IMG/VR virus record: IMGVR_UViG_3300044858_001628
Coordinates: 1-52,535 of that record
Source of the DNA: a virus
Lineage: Duplodnaviria; Caudoviricetes
Reading direction: 5' to 3' (one strand)
DNA length: 52,535 bases
The notes beneath the pieces were generated by a model. It was not told the DNA's origin. It did not search any database and worked only from the letters and a program-made list of their open reading frames with translations. Each line of letters starts with the position of its first letter. Position 1 is the first letter of the stretch. The translations under genes were made by a program, and so were the position numbers. This document shows positions 52,391 through 52,535 of this stretch, piece after piece.

Positions 52391-52535
52391 CACTTTTGAA
52401 TTTTCAATGTTCATTGCGTAAGTGGTAAATACATCATTAAGCGCACCAGCAATTACGCCAACCATTTCAGCGCTAGGCTGAACGATTGAAGAATTTACGA
52501 AAGCGTTACTAATAATCACGCCTGATGTTTCAGCT
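52391..52535. repeat. Terminal direct repeat, right copy
   Basis: 144/145 identical to 1-145. Confidence 0.97.

Overview
The window is the complete, circularly closed genome (52,390 bp plus a 145-bp terminal overlap) of a temperate tailed phage, captured in its excised form with an intact attP (3' half of a tRNA-Cys(GCA) beside a tyrosine integrase). It is probably a podovirus of a proteobacterial host: N4-gp56-type capsid, portal, adaptor, no recognisable tape measure, and a giant DarB-like protein. Modules: tail, head and packaging (1-14.3 kb, minus); a plus-strand island of small genes with its own sigma70 promoter, an RNAP alpha-CTD-like gene and a terminal small DNA-binding gene (14.3-17.7 kb); lysis (amidase, holin, Rz with embedded Rz1); nin-like region; O/P-like replication with an iteron origin; cI/cro switch with four operators; RecT/YqaJ; xis/int/attP; a ~5,166-aa polyvalent protein (ParB-like, two HExxH zincins, N6-adenine methyltransferase, strawberry-notch-type SF2 helicase, GNAT-like, ADP-ribosyltransferase, LPD38-like) and further virion genes. 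The most notable observations are (i) candidate out-of-frame genes with their own ribosome-binding sites filling the linkers of the giant gene, (ii) a late-promoter motif TACAACGCA-N11-(-10 box) found eight times on the late strand, with no Q-like gene recognised, (iii) an acr/aca-like small-gene operon, and (iv) apparent avoidance of GATC and other restriction sites. All domain calls come from motif recognition by eye, not from database searches.
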